Assembly (NCBI GenBank): GCA_041685955.1
Contig: JAWLET010000002.1
Coordinates: 1 to 46,713 of the forward strand
Direction: 5' to 3'
From: Desulfobacteraceae bacterium
GTDB taxonomy: Bacteria; Desulfobacterota; DSM-4660; Desulfatiglandales; Desulfatiglandaceae
DNA: 46,713 nucleotides
Part shown: piece after piece, positions 46,610 to 46,713 of the stretch
Position numbering within the stretch: position 1 is the stretch's first letter
Layout of the letters: each line of letters opens with the position of its first letter
Notes under the pieces: model-generated
Database searches by the model: none
Told to the model about the DNA's origin: nothing
What the model saw: only the letters and a program-made list of their open reading frames with translations
Program-made: the position numbers and the translations under genes

Positions 46610-46713
46610 TTAGTCTACCGCCGCCCAGATGGCCTTGGCCCGGGGTTTGCTGGGGGCGCCGGTGTAGTGTTTGACCAGGACCCCTTTGGAGTTATAGGCT
46701 AAAACCACTGTTT
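46610..46713 (-). CDS. 3' end of an unidentified gene (33 codons visible), possibly thioredoxin-fold
   Basis: The minus-strand frame is open from the window edge to the TAA at 46612-46610. It reads ...TVVLAYNSKGVLVKHYTGAPSKPRAKAIWAAVD. This pattern resembles C-termini of TlpA/peroxiredoxin-like proteins, but the fragment is too short to call. Confidence 0.3.
   Translation of the reverse strand, partial: TVVLAYNSKGVLVKHYTGAPSKPRAKAIWAAVD

Noticed and set aside
46481-46702. 73-aa plus-strand ORF at the window end
   Set aside because: Its translation is Gly/Pro/Ala-rich with no start context. The opposite strand has an open frame running in from the window edge with a more protein-like sequence.
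1-46713. Scan for CRISPR arrays, tRNA/rRNA genes, IS elements, integrases, long direct or inverted repeats and defence-system hallmarks
   Set aside because: Reading the intergenic regions and the ORF translations by eye turned up none. This is not an exhaustive computational repeat search, so short dispersed repeats could have been missed.

Overview
This is a 46.7-kb chromosomal segment. By eye it is mid-50s %GC, with a few clearly AT-richer patches. All calls come from reading the six-frame ORF track and the raw sequence; no database search or numerical computation was run. The gene content looks like an anaerobic Desulfobacterota (deltaproteobacterium-like) genome, which is inference only. 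I support about 33 protein-coding genes and found no rRNA, tRNA, CRISPR array, transposase or integrase.

Gene order:
- (1) A 5'-truncated transporter-HEAT-cNMP-binding fusion protein.
- (2) An orphan pair: a QueC-like PP-loop protein plus an atypical B12-domain-type radical-SAM-like protein.
- (3) Citrate synthase and a split methylmalonyl-CoA mutase on the minus strand. Divergent from these are a Na+-decarboxylase beta subunit and an OadG-like protein, with a convergent 70-aa biotin carrier.
- (4) A tightly packed pilC-pilS-radical SAM(+DUF2344-like)-rng string.
- (5) Transketolase, a Ski2-like DEAH helicase, a long acyl-CoA dehydrogenase and a GT2 glycosyltransferase.
- (6) The classical xseB-ispA-dxs operon with tlyA, then an HD-GYP protein and a Cys-rich PxxKW-type protein.
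- (7) A long minus-strand block: giant 1407-aa dikinase-like protein, MFS transporter, exported CN-hydrolase, DsbD, ArsA/Get3-like ATPase plus an overlapping small ORF, hisS, aspS.

Most of the window is housekeeping. The best candidates for undescribed biology are:
- the QueC-like/radical-SAM-like cassette at 2723-5444;
- the 1407-aa protein at 42128-46351, which couples a ~900-aa unknown helical region to a PPDK-type ATP-grasp and phosphohistidine module but lacks the PEP/pyruvate domain;
- the radical SAM-DUF2344 fusion that appears translationally packed with RNase G.

All functional assignments rest on motif recognition and need profile or structure searches to confirm.
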